This document shows positions 18,965 through 28,035 of a stretch of DNA of 62,078 nt, piece by piece. The notes under the pieces were generated by a model. That model was not told the origin of the DNA. It saw only the letters and a list, made by a program, of their open reading frames with translations, and ran no database searches. A program made the translations under genes and the position numbers. Origin of the DNA: a virus (Duplodnaviria > Caudoviricetes); IMG/VR virus record IMGVR_UViG_3300034104_006372, positions 1 to 62,078 of that record; one strand, given 5' to 3'. Numbering within the stretch: the stretch's first letter is position 1; every line of letters starts with the position of its first letter.

Positions 18965-20254
18965 AATGTCTTCAGCAACATAAATCCCTTGTGCACCACT
19001 CACCGTTATACCTCTAGCAGATAATGCGTCTCCCACAAAGTGAACATTGGGGAACTCGGTCAAGGCTAGGTTAGTATAATCGACGAGCGGCTCAGGTGAC
19101 AAATATTTTACTTCAGGAACATAAATGCCCCAGTCATGTTCAAGTGTTGGAAACACTTTTTTCATATCTTCAATAAAATCTTCAATATATTTAAAATATC
19201 CTTTAAATGCCGGCTTTATAATATTTTCTAATTCTCTAGAACTAAAGGCAACTGCAGATACTGTTTCGCCTTCAGAAGTTAAAGATGGACGTCTAGAAGG
19301 AGAATAGTATAAACCTGTTCCACTAGTATTTACATTAGATACTAAATTTCTAGACCATTCAAATGGATCTTCAATACCTGGAATTTCCATTAAAATGCCA
19401 AAATTGGTCATGTTGTTGCGGAATTCCTCGCCCTTCTTAGCGTGGCCGTTATAGCTCACATTTCCGTATGTTTCCTCTACTGCTACGTAAGCAGCGTTGT
19501 TATTTGTGCAGAATGAACGAAGCGAAACACCTGTGTCCTCAAACTTACGATACAATTTAAAATCGTAGGATATGTCAATTAGTTTTTGGAAGTGTTTTTG
19601 TGGTGCTTCAAATCGAACACCAATTTGTACTGGCTTTGGCTCATCTGGTAGATTGTATTGTTGAGCTAGTTCTTGAGCAAAATCAATACCTGATTTGCCT
19701 ACTGCAAATATAAGTGTATCGTATTTTAAATCCGCATTGTGGGTATAAATTCTGTTATTGTTAAAGTCAATATCTTCAACTTGAGTTTCCCATTCAAATC
19801 TAACGCCTTTATCAACTAAATATTGATACCATGCTTTAGCAATTTCATGTAGGAAATTAGAACCAATATGCCATACAGGAAACATTCTCAAGCCAAAGTA
19901 TGGTTTGATAAACTCGGGTTCCTCTTGTGGATCCGAACAAAAAATTTCTTCTGGTTTAGGGTGGAAACGTCTAAAGTTAGCAATTACTTGATCCATCAAT
20001 TCCATTGCTTTATCCTCTCCACAATATTTTGATAATTGACCTCCAATAGCAGTGTGATAAGTTAGCTTACCATCACTCCATCCACCTGCTCCTAGCATAC
20101 CTGTCATTACTTCTTCAGGTAAGCGGTTATGTGGATCACTTCCTTTGTCTATAATTGTGATTAATTCTCCAGGATATCCATTGTCTACTAATTTAGTTGC
20201 GGCATTAATTCCTGCTACTCCAGCTCCTACAATTACGATTTTATCTTGTTTCAT
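18953..20254 (-). CDS. FAD-dependent oxidoreductase (uncharacterised family)
   Basis: GAGVAG Rossmann motif, GAGGWSDGKL, IGVRFE, VGDALS..GI. Confidence 0.85.
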   Translation of the reverse strand: MKQDKIVIVGAGVAGINAATKLVDNGYPGELITIIDKGSDPHNRLPEEVMTGMLGAGGWSDGKLTYHTAIGGQLSKYCGEDKAMELMDQVIANFRRFHPKPEEIFCSDPQEEPEFIKPYFGLRMFPVWHIGSNFLHEIAKAWYQYLVDKGVRFEWETQVEDIDFNNNRIYTHNADLKYDTLIFAVGKSGIDFAQELAQQYNLPDEPKPVQIGVRFEAPQKHFQKLIDISYDFKLYRKFEDTGVSLRSFCTNNNAAYVAVEETYGNVSYNGHAKKGEEFRNNMTNFGILMEIPGIEDPFEWSRNLVSNVNTSGTGLYYSPSRRPSLTSEGETVSAVAFSSRELENIIKPAFKGYFKYIEDFIEDMKKVFPTLEHDWGIYVPEVKYLSPEPLVDYTNLALTEFPNVHFVGDALSARGITVSGAQGIYVAEDILNS

Positions 20255-20274
20255 GTTGCATTATAAATTATTTG

Positions 20275-20305
20275 TAAATATACGAAAAGAAGTGACGCAA
20301 TCCAA
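20275..20305 (-). promoter_or_regulatory. host-type promoter TTG-N20-TATATTTA overlapping a terminator
   Basis: 20-nt spacer, as in four other copies. Confidence 0.6.
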
Positions 20306-20320
20306 GTTGAATTGCGCCAC
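20285..20320 (-). terminator. intrinsic terminator ending the head-cargo operon
   Basis: GUGGCGCAAUUCAA/UUGGAUUGCGUCAC stem followed by UUCUUUU. Confidence 0.75.
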
Positions 20321-20324
20321 AGCT

Positions 20325-20368
20325 GTATAGTTTTTGTCTCTTTTGAGCGACCGGCTATGAATCGGTCT
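20325..20368 (-). ncRNA. candidate H-type pseudoknot RNA (preQ1-I-like architecture)
   Basis: GACCG-AUUCAUAGC-CGGUC hairpin, CUC-AAAA-GAG, then ACAAAAACUAU tail able to pair with loop AUAG. Confidence 0.35.
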
Positions 20369-20379
20369 GTATGTTTATT

Positions 20380-20952
20380 TTAGCTATATATAAATTTAAT
20401 AACATCATCAAGTTTATCTTTAGCTTTTGGATTAGTTTTGGCGTAATTCTTTAGTTTATCTACAATAAAATATCTTTTTACTACATCAGAATCAGCTGCA
20501 TTTTTTACATTTTGAATGAGAGTTTTAGCCATTGGGTCATTGCTATCCATAGCTAAAAAGAAAGATGCGGGGTCAAATTTGTATTCTTCATCTGAAGGTA
20601 ATTCATCCAAAGTTACAGTAGCTCCAAACTTGATATCTCCGTTAGGGAGTAATTCTACGTTAATGTCAGGATTACCTTCCAAAGTATCTTTGCCACCTAC
20701 AGAAGCTAGATATTTTGATAGAGCGTTAAATTCATCAGCATTAGGGTATGCTTCTTCATCTCCATATTCTTCTTTCTCCCATACACCTTCAAAATATTCT
20801 CCTTCTTCCATTTCATCGCTTACACTAGCATCCCACATGCCAGATATATAATCTTCAAATTGTTCAATATTTTCGTTTAATTGTTCTTCAGTTATGATAC
20901 CCGCTAATCTCTGCATTCTGCGGAATTGTTCATTTAAAATTTGCTTTGCCAT
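20380..20952 (-). CDS. putative internal head protein, paralog 1
   Basis: N-tag MAKQILNEQFRRMQRLAGIITEEQLNE. Confidence 0.75.
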   Translation of the reverse strand: MAKQILNEQFRRMQRLAGIITEEQLNENIEQFEDYISGMWDASVSDEMEEGEYFEGVWEKEEYGDEEAYPNADEFNALSKYLASVGGKDTLEGNPDINVELLPNGDIKFGATVTLDELPSDEEYKFDPASFFLAMDSNDPMAKTLIQNVKNAADSDVVKRYFIVDKLKNYAKTNPKAKDKLDDVIKFIYS

Positions 20953-20965
20953 TGTTTTGTTATTT

Positions 20966-21523
20966 TTAGCTATTTATAAACTCAATAGCAGCATCAAGTT
21001 TACCTTTAACTTCTGGATTAGCTTTAGCGTGATCTTTTAGTTTGTTTATAATAGTAGATCTTTTAGATAGATCAGAATCAGCTACTTTCTTTATGTTTTG
21101 GATAAAAGATTTTGCATTTGGATCTTTACTATCCATAGCTGAAAAGTAAGATGCAGCATTGAATTCGTTTTCTTCATTTAATTGTCCAGAAGCTAACTCT
21201 CTGATCATATCAAATAATTCAGACGCATCCATATCATCTTCTAGATCAACACCTAAAGTTCTTTCATTAATAGCATTAATTAACTCTTCAGCAGAAGAAA
21301 CATTCATTTGAGAATTTAAATTGCTATAATCTTCTTCCTCAGCCTCAATATCGTCCAACATTTCTAATTCAGATTGGAGGAAATTAGCTTTGATAGTATC
21401 AAAGTTTTGGCTAACAAACTTAACCATCTCACTTGCTACATTTTCATTTAATTGCTCTTCGGTTATGATACCTGCTAGTTTTTGCATTCTGCGAAATTGT
21501 TCGCTTAAAATTTGCTTTGCCAT
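20966..21523 (-). CDS. putative internal head protein, paralog 2
   Basis: N-tag MAKQILSEQFRRMQKLAGIITEEQLNE; C-terminal ~65 aa similar to paralog 1. Confidence 0.75.
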   Translation of the reverse strand: MAKQILSEQFRRMQKLAGIITEEQLNENVASEMVKFVSQNFDTIKANFLQSELEMLDDIEAEEEDYSNLNSQMNVSSAEELINAINERTLGVDLEDDMDASELFDMIRELASGQLNEENEFNAASYFSAMDSKDPNAKSFIQNIKKVADSDLSKRSTIINKLKDHAKANPEVKGKLDAAIEFINS

Positions 21524-21535
21524 TATTTTATTAGT

Positions 21536-22078
21536 TTATTTTACTGTTCCGCCTTTAGCTGTTTCTTTAAACTTAAAGGTTAAGATATACCAAAATCCAT
21601 CTTGCTGACTAAAGCCATATATCATATTTGGATATTTTTCAAAAATTTGTTTTAATATTTCATTACCCAAATTATCAACATATTTCTTTATTTCTGGATT
21701 GTTAAACCAATTTCCTTTTGCTGATATTGCGCTTGAAGTGATGTTTTGTCCAAATTTCTCTGCTGCTTTATATGACCAATCATTACCCCCACCTACCATT
21801 ACTTTAGCAACAGATTCTGCAGTTATTGCTACCAATACTCTTTCATCTGGTTGGTCTGTTACTATTATTTGGACTGCTTGATCTCCTTCTCCAATTTTTT
21901 TAGTTTTATCAGTTTCAATCTTACTTCTTAATTCAGGTCGAAATCCCTTACTCTTTAAAAAGGAATAAAGTTGTTTAGACATTTGTTTTAGTTCCAAAAT
22001 ATCCTCATTTAACTGTTCTTCAGTGATAAGACCAGCCAACACCTGCATTCTGCGAAATTGTTCGTTTAGGATTGCCAT
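21536..22078 (-). CDS. putative internal head protein, paralog 3
   Basis: N-tag MAILNEQFRRMQVLAGLITEEQLNE; unrelated body. Confidence 0.75.
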   Translation of the reverse strand: MAILNEQFRRMQVLAGLITEEQLNEDILELKQMSKQLYSFLKSKGFRPELRSKIETDKTKKIGEGDQAVQIIVTDQPDERVLVAITAESVAKVMVGGGNDWSYKAAEKFGQNITSSAISAKGNWFNNPEIKKYVDNLGNEILKQIFEKYPNMIYGFSQQDGFWYILTFKFKETAKGGTVK

Positions 22079-22341
22079 TATTTTGTTATTTGTATTTTTA
22101 AATTAGTATTGCCTTTAATTACTCTATGTATTTGGTATTCCGGTATAAATATACTATCTCCTTTTTGAAGCGCCAAGGGCAACTCATTATCTCTTTGAAG
22201 TTGCCAACCTTCTCCCTCTAATATTTCAATAGTACGATCTTCTTCATCTTGGTGCCAAACTAGCTCCATGGGATCTACTTCAGAACTAAATTCTCGTATA
22301 ACTGAAGTTTGGGTAATTGGGGTGTTTGTGTATGGTTGCAT
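22078..22341 (-). CDS. small cupin-like protein
   Basis: LVWHQDEEDR..EGEGWQLQ..IFIP...HRVIKG. Confidence 0.7.
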   Translation of the reverse strand: MQPYTNTPITQTSVIREFSSEVDPMELVWHQDEEDRTIEILEGEGWQLQRDNELPLALQKGDSIFIPEYQIHRVIKGNTNLKIQITK

Positions 22342-22355
22342 TATTACTCTGCAAT

Positions 22356-22697
22356 TTAATCATTTTCTTTTAAACCATAGGGAATTCCTATTATTCCGTG
22401 GACTGTTTTTCTAAACATTTTTTGGGACTCAACTTGAATAGCTTTCATAAGTAAATTTTGCAAAACTAAATTATCTTTTAGTAAAGCAATTTTACCATTA
22501 TCGCCATTATGAAAAAAATAACTTAATTTAAGAATCATGTTATTATCTTCATCTATGTCTATTTTAACAGTTGGTATATCATCTAATGGGTTAGGATCAA
22601 CTAATTTATTACTTTCTTTAGTATTAAAAATATAGTGATCTTTTCCTACTTTTTGTAATTCTTCTCTAACAAGTTGTTTTAGCTGGGATTTTTTCAT
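22356..22697 (-). CDS. putative internal head protein
   Basis: MKKSQLKQLVREE N-tag. Confidence 0.6.
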   Translation of the reverse strand: MKKSQLKQLVREELQKVGKDHYIFNTKESNKLVDPNPLDDIPTVKIDIDEDNNMILKLSYFFHNGDNGKIALLKDNLVLQNLLMKAIQVESQKMFRKTVHGIIGIPYGLKEND

Positions 22698-22726
22698 GTT
22701 ATTTTGTTTTAAACTATAGGTAGAAG

Positions 22727-23140
22727 TTAGTTATCTGTTAAAGGACCGCCAACAACCCAAGCATCGCATGTTCGAGCCGCAGCGCATTTGAATTTCAAAA
22801 ACCGACAATACCCTAATTTTCCGGCATCAATTACATCAAATGGATCTTCTGTTCCACCATCACTGCCTATTCCTTTAGCAATGCAATCTAGTGTTTTGGT
22901 TGTAATGTCGAAAGCAGCACAATTGGCACATAGTGATTTTTTAGCTTCTTCGGCAGAATCTAACTTCCACATATCCACTTTGGCCTGCCAAAACTTTTCG
23001 TTTGGTTCGTTTGGATTTAGAGGTCCGTATCCATACTCGTTAATAGCTTTTTGTCTGTTCTCAAGATTAAGTGCTATATTTTGGGTTGGAGCAGGACATT
23101 CGTTTAGCTCTACCTCGTTTAATATGTCAAGTAGTTTCAT
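22727..23140 (-). CDS. Cys-rich putative head protein (metal-binding)
   Basis: MKLLDILNE tag; CANC..GYC...KC....TCDAW. Confidence 0.65.
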   Translation of the reverse strand: MKLLDILNEVELNECPAPTQNIALNLENRQKAINEYGYGPLNPNEPNEKFWQAKVDMWKLDSAEEAKKSLCANCAAFDITTKTLDCIAKGIGSDGGTEDPFDVIDAGKLGYCRFLKFKCAAARTCDAWVVGGPLTDN

Positions 23141-23460
23141 TGTTTTTTATCTCGTATAAGTAATTCACCTAGTACCTCTAATCGACCTACCTCCCTCTGG
23201 AATTCAACAGCGGTCATATTCAATGAAATACTTTTTAATGTGCTATCAAATTCTTTTTTAGCTGCTTCTTCGTCAAATTTACCAGCAGTTGCTTTTTTGT
23301 AATATGGAGCCTTTACTTTAAAGTGATGCCATGTTAACAAAGCTAATCCACCTTTTTCCTCAGCTGTAGCTGCTATTTTAGCAGCACCTTCACCTCGTGT
23401 AGCAGCAAATTCTTCAAAGCTTTCTTTAGCTTCGGTTAGTAGTTGAAGTAGTTTTATCAT
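23137..23460 (-). CDS. putative internal head protein
   Basis: MIKLLQLLTE tag. Confidence 0.65.
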   Translation of the reverse strand: MIKLLQLLTEAKESFEEFAATRGEGAAKIAATAEEKGGLALLTWHHFKVKAPYYKKATAGKFDEEAAKKEFDSTLKSISLNMTAVEFQREVGRLEVLGELLIRDKKQ

Positions 23461-23963
23461 GATTTTTTATTTTTTATAGGAGCATATCCGGAACCATAGG
23501 GTGCTGCTTTACCAGATTGTGGATCTGATGTTTCTTTTAATTTATTTAAACGTTGTGTTTTTGCTTTAGAAGATTCTTTGCGAGATTCAATATAGTCTAG
23601 AGCACGTTTTAAACGAGATTTTACCTCAGCATCTTTAGCTTTACCGTATGCAGCTCTAACACGTTGGTGTATTAAATTAATAATTTGTGACTGGCGAGCG
23701 TGAGATTTAGCTTTAAATGAATCTTTATTTAACGTATCAACTATGTCTTCCTTAGTTTTAAATTTAATAGATACAGTATCGCTTGGATTTTCGTCTGTGT
23801 ATAGGCGACGACCCGATCCTTTAGGTTTTTTGCCAGTACCAATTTTAGGATCTGCTTCTTCTAAACCACCAGGTGTATTTAATTTTTTACCAGTTTTGGT
23901 ATCAGTAGTATACCCACAAGTTCCTTCAATAATTTCTTGTAATATATCAAGTAGCTTTATCAT
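23457..23963 (-). CDS. basic putative head protein (likely start MIKLLDILQE at 23963)
   Basis: Tag, and ATG overlapping the upstream stop codon. Confidence 0.65.
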   Translation of the reverse strand: MIKLLDILQEIIEGTCGYTTDTKTGKKLNTPGGLEEADPKIGTGKKPKGSGRRLYTDENPSDTVSIKFKTKEDIVDTLNKDSFKAKSHARQSQIINLIHQRVRAAYGKAKDAEVKSRLKRALDYIESRKESSKAKTQRLNKLKETSDPQSGKAAPYGSGYAPIKNKKS

Positions 23964-25138
23964 TTGGTTTTGCCCCATGTTTTGCCTTTACCTGAATCTT
24001 TACATCTAGCAGCTGTTGGTCTACAAGATGGATATTTTGCTCGTTCTTCACCTTTTTGGCGTCCACAAGGTTTGTATCCTGTTATTTTTCCATCTTTACG
24101 AATAGGAGAATTACAATCTACCCAACCACCTGTTTTACCTGGGGCTCCTTGGCGTTTAAACCATTTACGGAGAGATTCATCTTCTTTCAGAATTTCTTTT
24201 AATTGTGAAGTATTTAATATTTTAACTTTCATACTCTTATTAGCAGCTAAACCAGCATATAATCTAGTTCTTCCACCAATAACATATAAAGTTCCATTAA
24301 TATTAATTAACACAGGAGGTTCATAATTCCCTTTTACTACATTATCATAGTTTTGTACTGGGTTGTATCCTCTGTTTCTGTTTTCTTTTTCATCTCTTTT
24401 TTTCATGTAATCAGCATATTCTTGACGAGAATCTGGTGATTTACTAACACTGATCATATCTTTTATAAGAGATTCTTCTCCAGGTTTGTTATTAAAATTT
24501 TTGAGATTAGATATCTGAGAAGGAGATATGGTAGTTTCAGGAGTATTATCTATAATAGGAATTAGTCTATTTACTGATTCTTCATCATTTTTAAAACCTG
24601 CGTTGTTTATTACTTTAGATATGTTTAGGTCTTTTTGTCCTACCAATTCCCATGCTTCTTCATCACTTCCTTCTTTAATACCTTTCCATATTTTACCTTG
24701 ACGGCATCGTACTACTGCTCCAGATTTGTAAGCGGAAGGTTTATCAAATTTGCGATCTGCTATGCGCAAGCATCTATCTCTTTTGGTTTTTTTTTCCAAA
24801 AGCATTTCTTTAACTAACGACTTTAATCGAGTTTCTAATACATTTACTTGACCTGCTCTAAAGAAATTTACAGCAGGTATTTTGCGTATTTTTTCGATTA
24901 AACTATTGATTTGAGTATCTTTATCAAATTCAGTGAATGGGAAAGTGTCAAATTTTAAGCTTAATATACCAACGTGGTTTGGATTGCTTGCCGCACTTTC
25001 TTCCTCGTTTTTAGGGGTAAATGTTACAATCGTTATTCCCTCAATTGAGCGAATATCTGAGATAAGATCTGCTTGGGGGGTGATTGTGGTATTTAAACCT
25101 GCTTCTCCGCTTATTTGATATGTTCTATTGTATGACAT
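23960..25138 (-). CDS. multi-module head protein with an internal ParB/Srx-like domain and basic Cys-containing modules
   Basis: PPVLI..LYVIGGRTRLYA; LRKWFK..GGWVDC..KPCGR..YPSCRP. Confidence 0.6.
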   Translation of the reverse strand: MSYNRTYQISGEAGLNTTITPQADLISDIRSIEGITIVTFTPKNEEESAASNPNHVGILSLKFDTFPFTEFDKDTQINSLIEKIRKIPAVNFFRAGQVNVLETRLKSLVKEMLLEKKTKRDRCLRIADRKFDKPSAYKSGAVVRCRQGKIWKGIKEGSDEEAWELVGQKDLNISKVINNAGFKNDEESVNRLIPIIDNTPETTISPSQISNLKNFNNKPGEESLIKDMISVSKSPDSRQEYADYMKKRDEKENRNRGYNPVQNYDNVVKGNYEPPVLININGTLYVIGGRTRLYAGLAANKSMKVKILNTSQLKEILKEDESLRKWFKRQGAPGKTGGWVDCNSPIRKDGKITGYKPCGRQKGEERAKYPSCRPTAARCKDSGKGKTWGKTK

Positions 25139-25139
25139 T

Positions 25140-25763
25140 TTACCAGAAAGTATTCATGTTTGCACCTAATCCTAAAGCTTGAGCGTATCTTGGTAGATTA
25201 CAGCTCCAGTATCCTGCTTTTGTTCTATCTTTTTTGCTTGAACATCTATGACGGTCAGCAAATGCTTTTCGTATTTTTGAGTTCTTAAACTTTACTCTTA
25301 AATTTTGACCACCACCTGCGGCACCAAAAGATACTTTTTTAACGCGTTTGGTTTTGGGATCTTTTACGTAAACATAGAATTTTTTACTTCCACCACGCTT
25401 TGGTTTATTCAGTTGAACATCCTTGCCCTTAAATTCTGCTTCAGTTACTTCAGCTTCTTCTAGCATCGGTAGATCTAAAGGTACGCTTTCTCCTTCATAT
25501 AGGCCAAATTCTCCTAAATGAGTTTTGATTAAATGCTCATCATCTTCACATAAATCAATGATGCCGCGAGAGTACATCTTGCGTGCTTCTTTAATTAGCG
25601 ATAAATGTTTTTCTGAACCTATGCGATATACAGTTTCAAATAAAGGTATTTGTTTATCTATATGGTATTGTAGACCTTCGGATAGCAAAGATTTTACCTT
25701 GCCTTCTGTGAGTAAAGGTCCTGTTATTTTTGTTTCGCAAGTATTACATCCGCAGCTGCACAT
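25140..25763 (-). CDS. basic phage head-associated protein
   Basis: AEFKGKDVQLNKPKR..KKFYVYVK..KVSFG..AFADRHRC..AGYWSC, recalled from T4-like phages. Confidence 0.65.
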   Translation of the reverse strand: MCSCGCNTCETKITGPLLTEGKVKSLLSEGLQYHIDKQIPLFETVYRIGSEKHLSLIKEARKMYSRGIIDLCEDDEHLIKTHLGEFGLYEGESVPLDLPMLEEAEVTEAEFKGKDVQLNKPKRGGSKKFYVYVKDPKTKRVKKVSFGAAGGGQNLRVKFKNSKIRKAFADRHRCSSKKDRTKAGYWSCNLPRYAQALGLGANMNTFW

Positions 25764-25766
25764 AAT

Positions 25767-26930
25767 TTATTTCATTACATCATTATAAAGTATTTTTCTA
25801 GCATTAGCTGATATATTGCCCATTTTAGATGGTACAATCCTAAAATCTAGGCCTGTAGAAGTACCAACGTGTTGGGCAATATAGAACACAGGATCCATAC
25901 CATCTATTTTAAGATCTTCTAGATTCTTATAGATATGAGAAGCTTGAACTGTGATAGTATCTCCACTTATGGAAAAATCACTTTCTTTCCATGTTCTACT
26001 TACTACAATTACTTTTGGAGTTTCAGGACCAAATACCCAGCCTTCAATATCATCCATTGGGAAATCAGGTACAATTACTTTTGTTACTCTATCACCGGTT
26101 GTTGGATCAAACATTAAATATTTACCCGAAGAATTTGGGTTTGGTTCTAGTGATAGTTTGGGAAGTTGTTTATCTATTCCTTTTTGGATAAATTTGTTAA
26201 TAAAATTTTTATAGGTACTAGCTACTGAAGCCCATCTAAATCCTCCATCTTGTTTTAGAGAAATATTAGCTACTACTTTCCCAGTATCTGAACCAGGTTG
26301 GCCCGATAAGAATTGAGCATCTGATTTGTCACCTTTACTAGCACCAGCTTTAGAGGAATCTCTTACGTGAGTTACATTATTAGATACTTCAGTATGTTCG
26401 GGAGAGATGATTTTTATTGTCGCAGTTCCTTCAGCTTCTCCAATTAATCTATTTAACGTGTCAATAAACATTGCCTCGTTAGATTTGCCAGCTCCTCCAG
26501 GTTCACTTCGGCTTACAATTATATTTACTTCACCTAAATCCCCAGCTGTAAACTGGTACATATTAAAGGAATTACTAGGATTTGGGGATTGTTTTGGTGG
26601 AAATACCTTTATGTCTATATCGTCACCAAATGTATCTTTAAATGCTTGTATAAAAACACTTTCGGGTTGTTTACCCCTAGAACCAATACGGTTTGGTTTG
26701 CTTTTCATAGCAAACAAATCATATTGGGTTCCTACAGTATCTATAATTTTTTGTACTGCTTGGATTGATTCTTTTTTGTTGTTTATTTTATCTTCCTTTA
26801 GTTCTACTTCTACATCTAATTTTTCAAATAACGATTCTAATAACAAAACATCCTGACTATTGTTCATGTCAGGATATCCTTTGTCAAATTTGTATGCAAA
26901 TTTTTTGAAGAATTTGTCAAATATATCCAT
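25767..26930 (-). CDS. tagged protein with a possible PD-(D/E)xK restriction-endonuclease-like domain
   Basis: NE..F / KSD / ISLK spacing; N-terminal GYPD..LLLE leader. Confidence 0.45.
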   Translation of the reverse strand: MDIFDKFFKKFAYKFDKGYPDMNNSQDVLLLESLFEKLDVEVELKEDKINNKKESIQAVQKIIDTVGTQYDLFAMKSKPNRIGSRGKQPESVFIQAFKDTFGDDIDIKVFPPKQSPNPSNSFNMYQFTAGDLGEVNIIVSRSEPGGAGKSNEAMFIDTLNRLIGEAEGTATIKIISPEHTEVSNNVTHVRDSSKAGASKGDKSDAQFLSGQPGSDTGKVVANISLKQDGGFRWASVASTYKNFINKFIQKGIDKQLPKLSLEPNPNSSGKYLMFDPTTGDRVTKVIVPDFPMDDIEGWVFGPETPKVIVVSRTWKESDFSISGDTITVQASHIYKNLEDLKIDGMDPVFYIAQHVGTSTGLDFRIVPSKMGNISANARKILYNDVMK

Positions 26931-27577
26931 TACCTGTATTTGGTGTTAAAGACTTTTACAGCTTCTTTAAATTGAGATCCTTCAACAAATTCAGGATTAC
27001 TTTCTTTCATTTTAGCTACTATACCATCTAAAAATTTTACCATTCCATCTTTAGTAGTAAATTGCTTAAAATTTCCAGTTTGATCAGCTAAGTCTTTTAA
27101 AATAGCTGCCACGTTAGGAGGAATTTGACCTTCAACTTCATTTACTTTTTTTACGAGTCTATATTTCATCTTTTTTTCAGTTATACCAGTTACTGTTCTA
27201 CCACTATATTCACTTTTTAAATAATCAACCATTTTAGCATTCATATTAAAATCCGATTCTAATGGTTTAGTATCGGATTCGGCTTCAATAGTATCAGCCA
27301 TAATTTTAAGAAATCCATTTTCTACAGTATCATCTATAATAGCAGACATTTCATCGTCAATGTCTAATTTGTCTAGCCAGGTTTGAGTTTTTTTAGTATC
27401 AGGTTTTTCAAAAGCAGCTCTTAAAAACTCAAATGTAGTTTTAGCATTTGAAGCACCAGGAATAAGTCCTAATACTTGATCTAAAACAAATGATTTACCT
27501 TGAGAGACTATTTTTTCACCCTTTTGTTTTAATTTAATATTTCTGATTACTTTTTTTAAATCGCCGTACGTTTCCAT
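26930..27577 (-). CDS. hypothetical (head island) protein
   Basis: ORF, coupled. Confidence 0.65.
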   Translation of the reverse strand: METYGDLKKVIRNIKLKQKGEKIVSQGKSFVLDQVLGLIPGASNAKTTFEFLRAAFEKPDTKKTQTWLDKLDIDDEMSAIIDDTVENGFLKIMADTIEAESDTKPLESDFNMNAKMVDYLKSEYSGRTVTGITEKKMKYRLVKKVNEVEGQIPPNVAAILKDLADQTGNFKQFTTKDGMVKFLDGIVAKMKESNPEFVEGSQFKEAVKVFNTKYR

Positions 27578-27579
27578 AA

Positions 27580-28035
27580 TTATGCTTCTGCTGGGGTTTC
27601 TTCTGGGGTTGGTTCTTCTGTGGGTGGTATTTCTTCTGCTCCCTCTACATCTGCTCCTGCTCCTGTTGCGGTTTTACCTCCGTAAGTCAAGATACGAGAC
27701 ACAGCTTTGGATGCCATTTCTTCTTCATCTAAGTTTAGTAGGTAGTATTTTTTACCTTCTACTTGAGCTATCCAACTTCTTGGATCATAGAATAGTACAA
27801 AATTTTCACCGTTTAAAAGATTTACTCGAAATGTTGAAGGACGAGGTGCTACCCAATCTACAGATTCTAGAAATTTATCAAAATCCGTGGTCATCAAATT
27901 TACAATAACAGCTTTAAGTTCAGGGAATTTAACCAACTCATCGTATGCTAAAGCAGCATCATCGGATTTGGCTTTTTCCTTGTATACTTGTTTTACAAGC
28001 AATTTTATTCTATCTCGTAATTCTGATGCTGTCAT
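27580..28035 (-). CDS. hypothetical (head island) protein
   Basis: [14 protein letters not shown] tag; acidic Pro-rich tail. Confidence 0.65.
   Translation of the reverse strand: MTASELRDRIKLLVKQVYKEKAKSDDAALAYDELVKFPELKAVIVNLMTTDFDKFLESVDWVAPRPSTFRVNLLNGENFVLFYDPRSWIAQVEGKKYYLLNLDEEEMASKAVSRILTYGGKTATGAGADVEGAEEIPPTEEPTPEETPAEA

Larger units (their letters stand above)
20872..22078 (-). repeat. three dispersed ~80-bp direct repeats encoding the N-terminal tag (~20872-20952, ~21443-21523, ~22004-22078)
   Basis: Near-identical DNA, e.g. tgcattctgcg(g/a)aattgttc in all three. Confidence 0.8.

Noticed and set aside
20872-22078. Repeats as a CRISPR array or DGR template/variable repeats
   Set aside because: The repeats are in-frame coding N-termini ~560 bp apart; no cas or reverse transcriptase gene is present and no adenine-specific variation was seen
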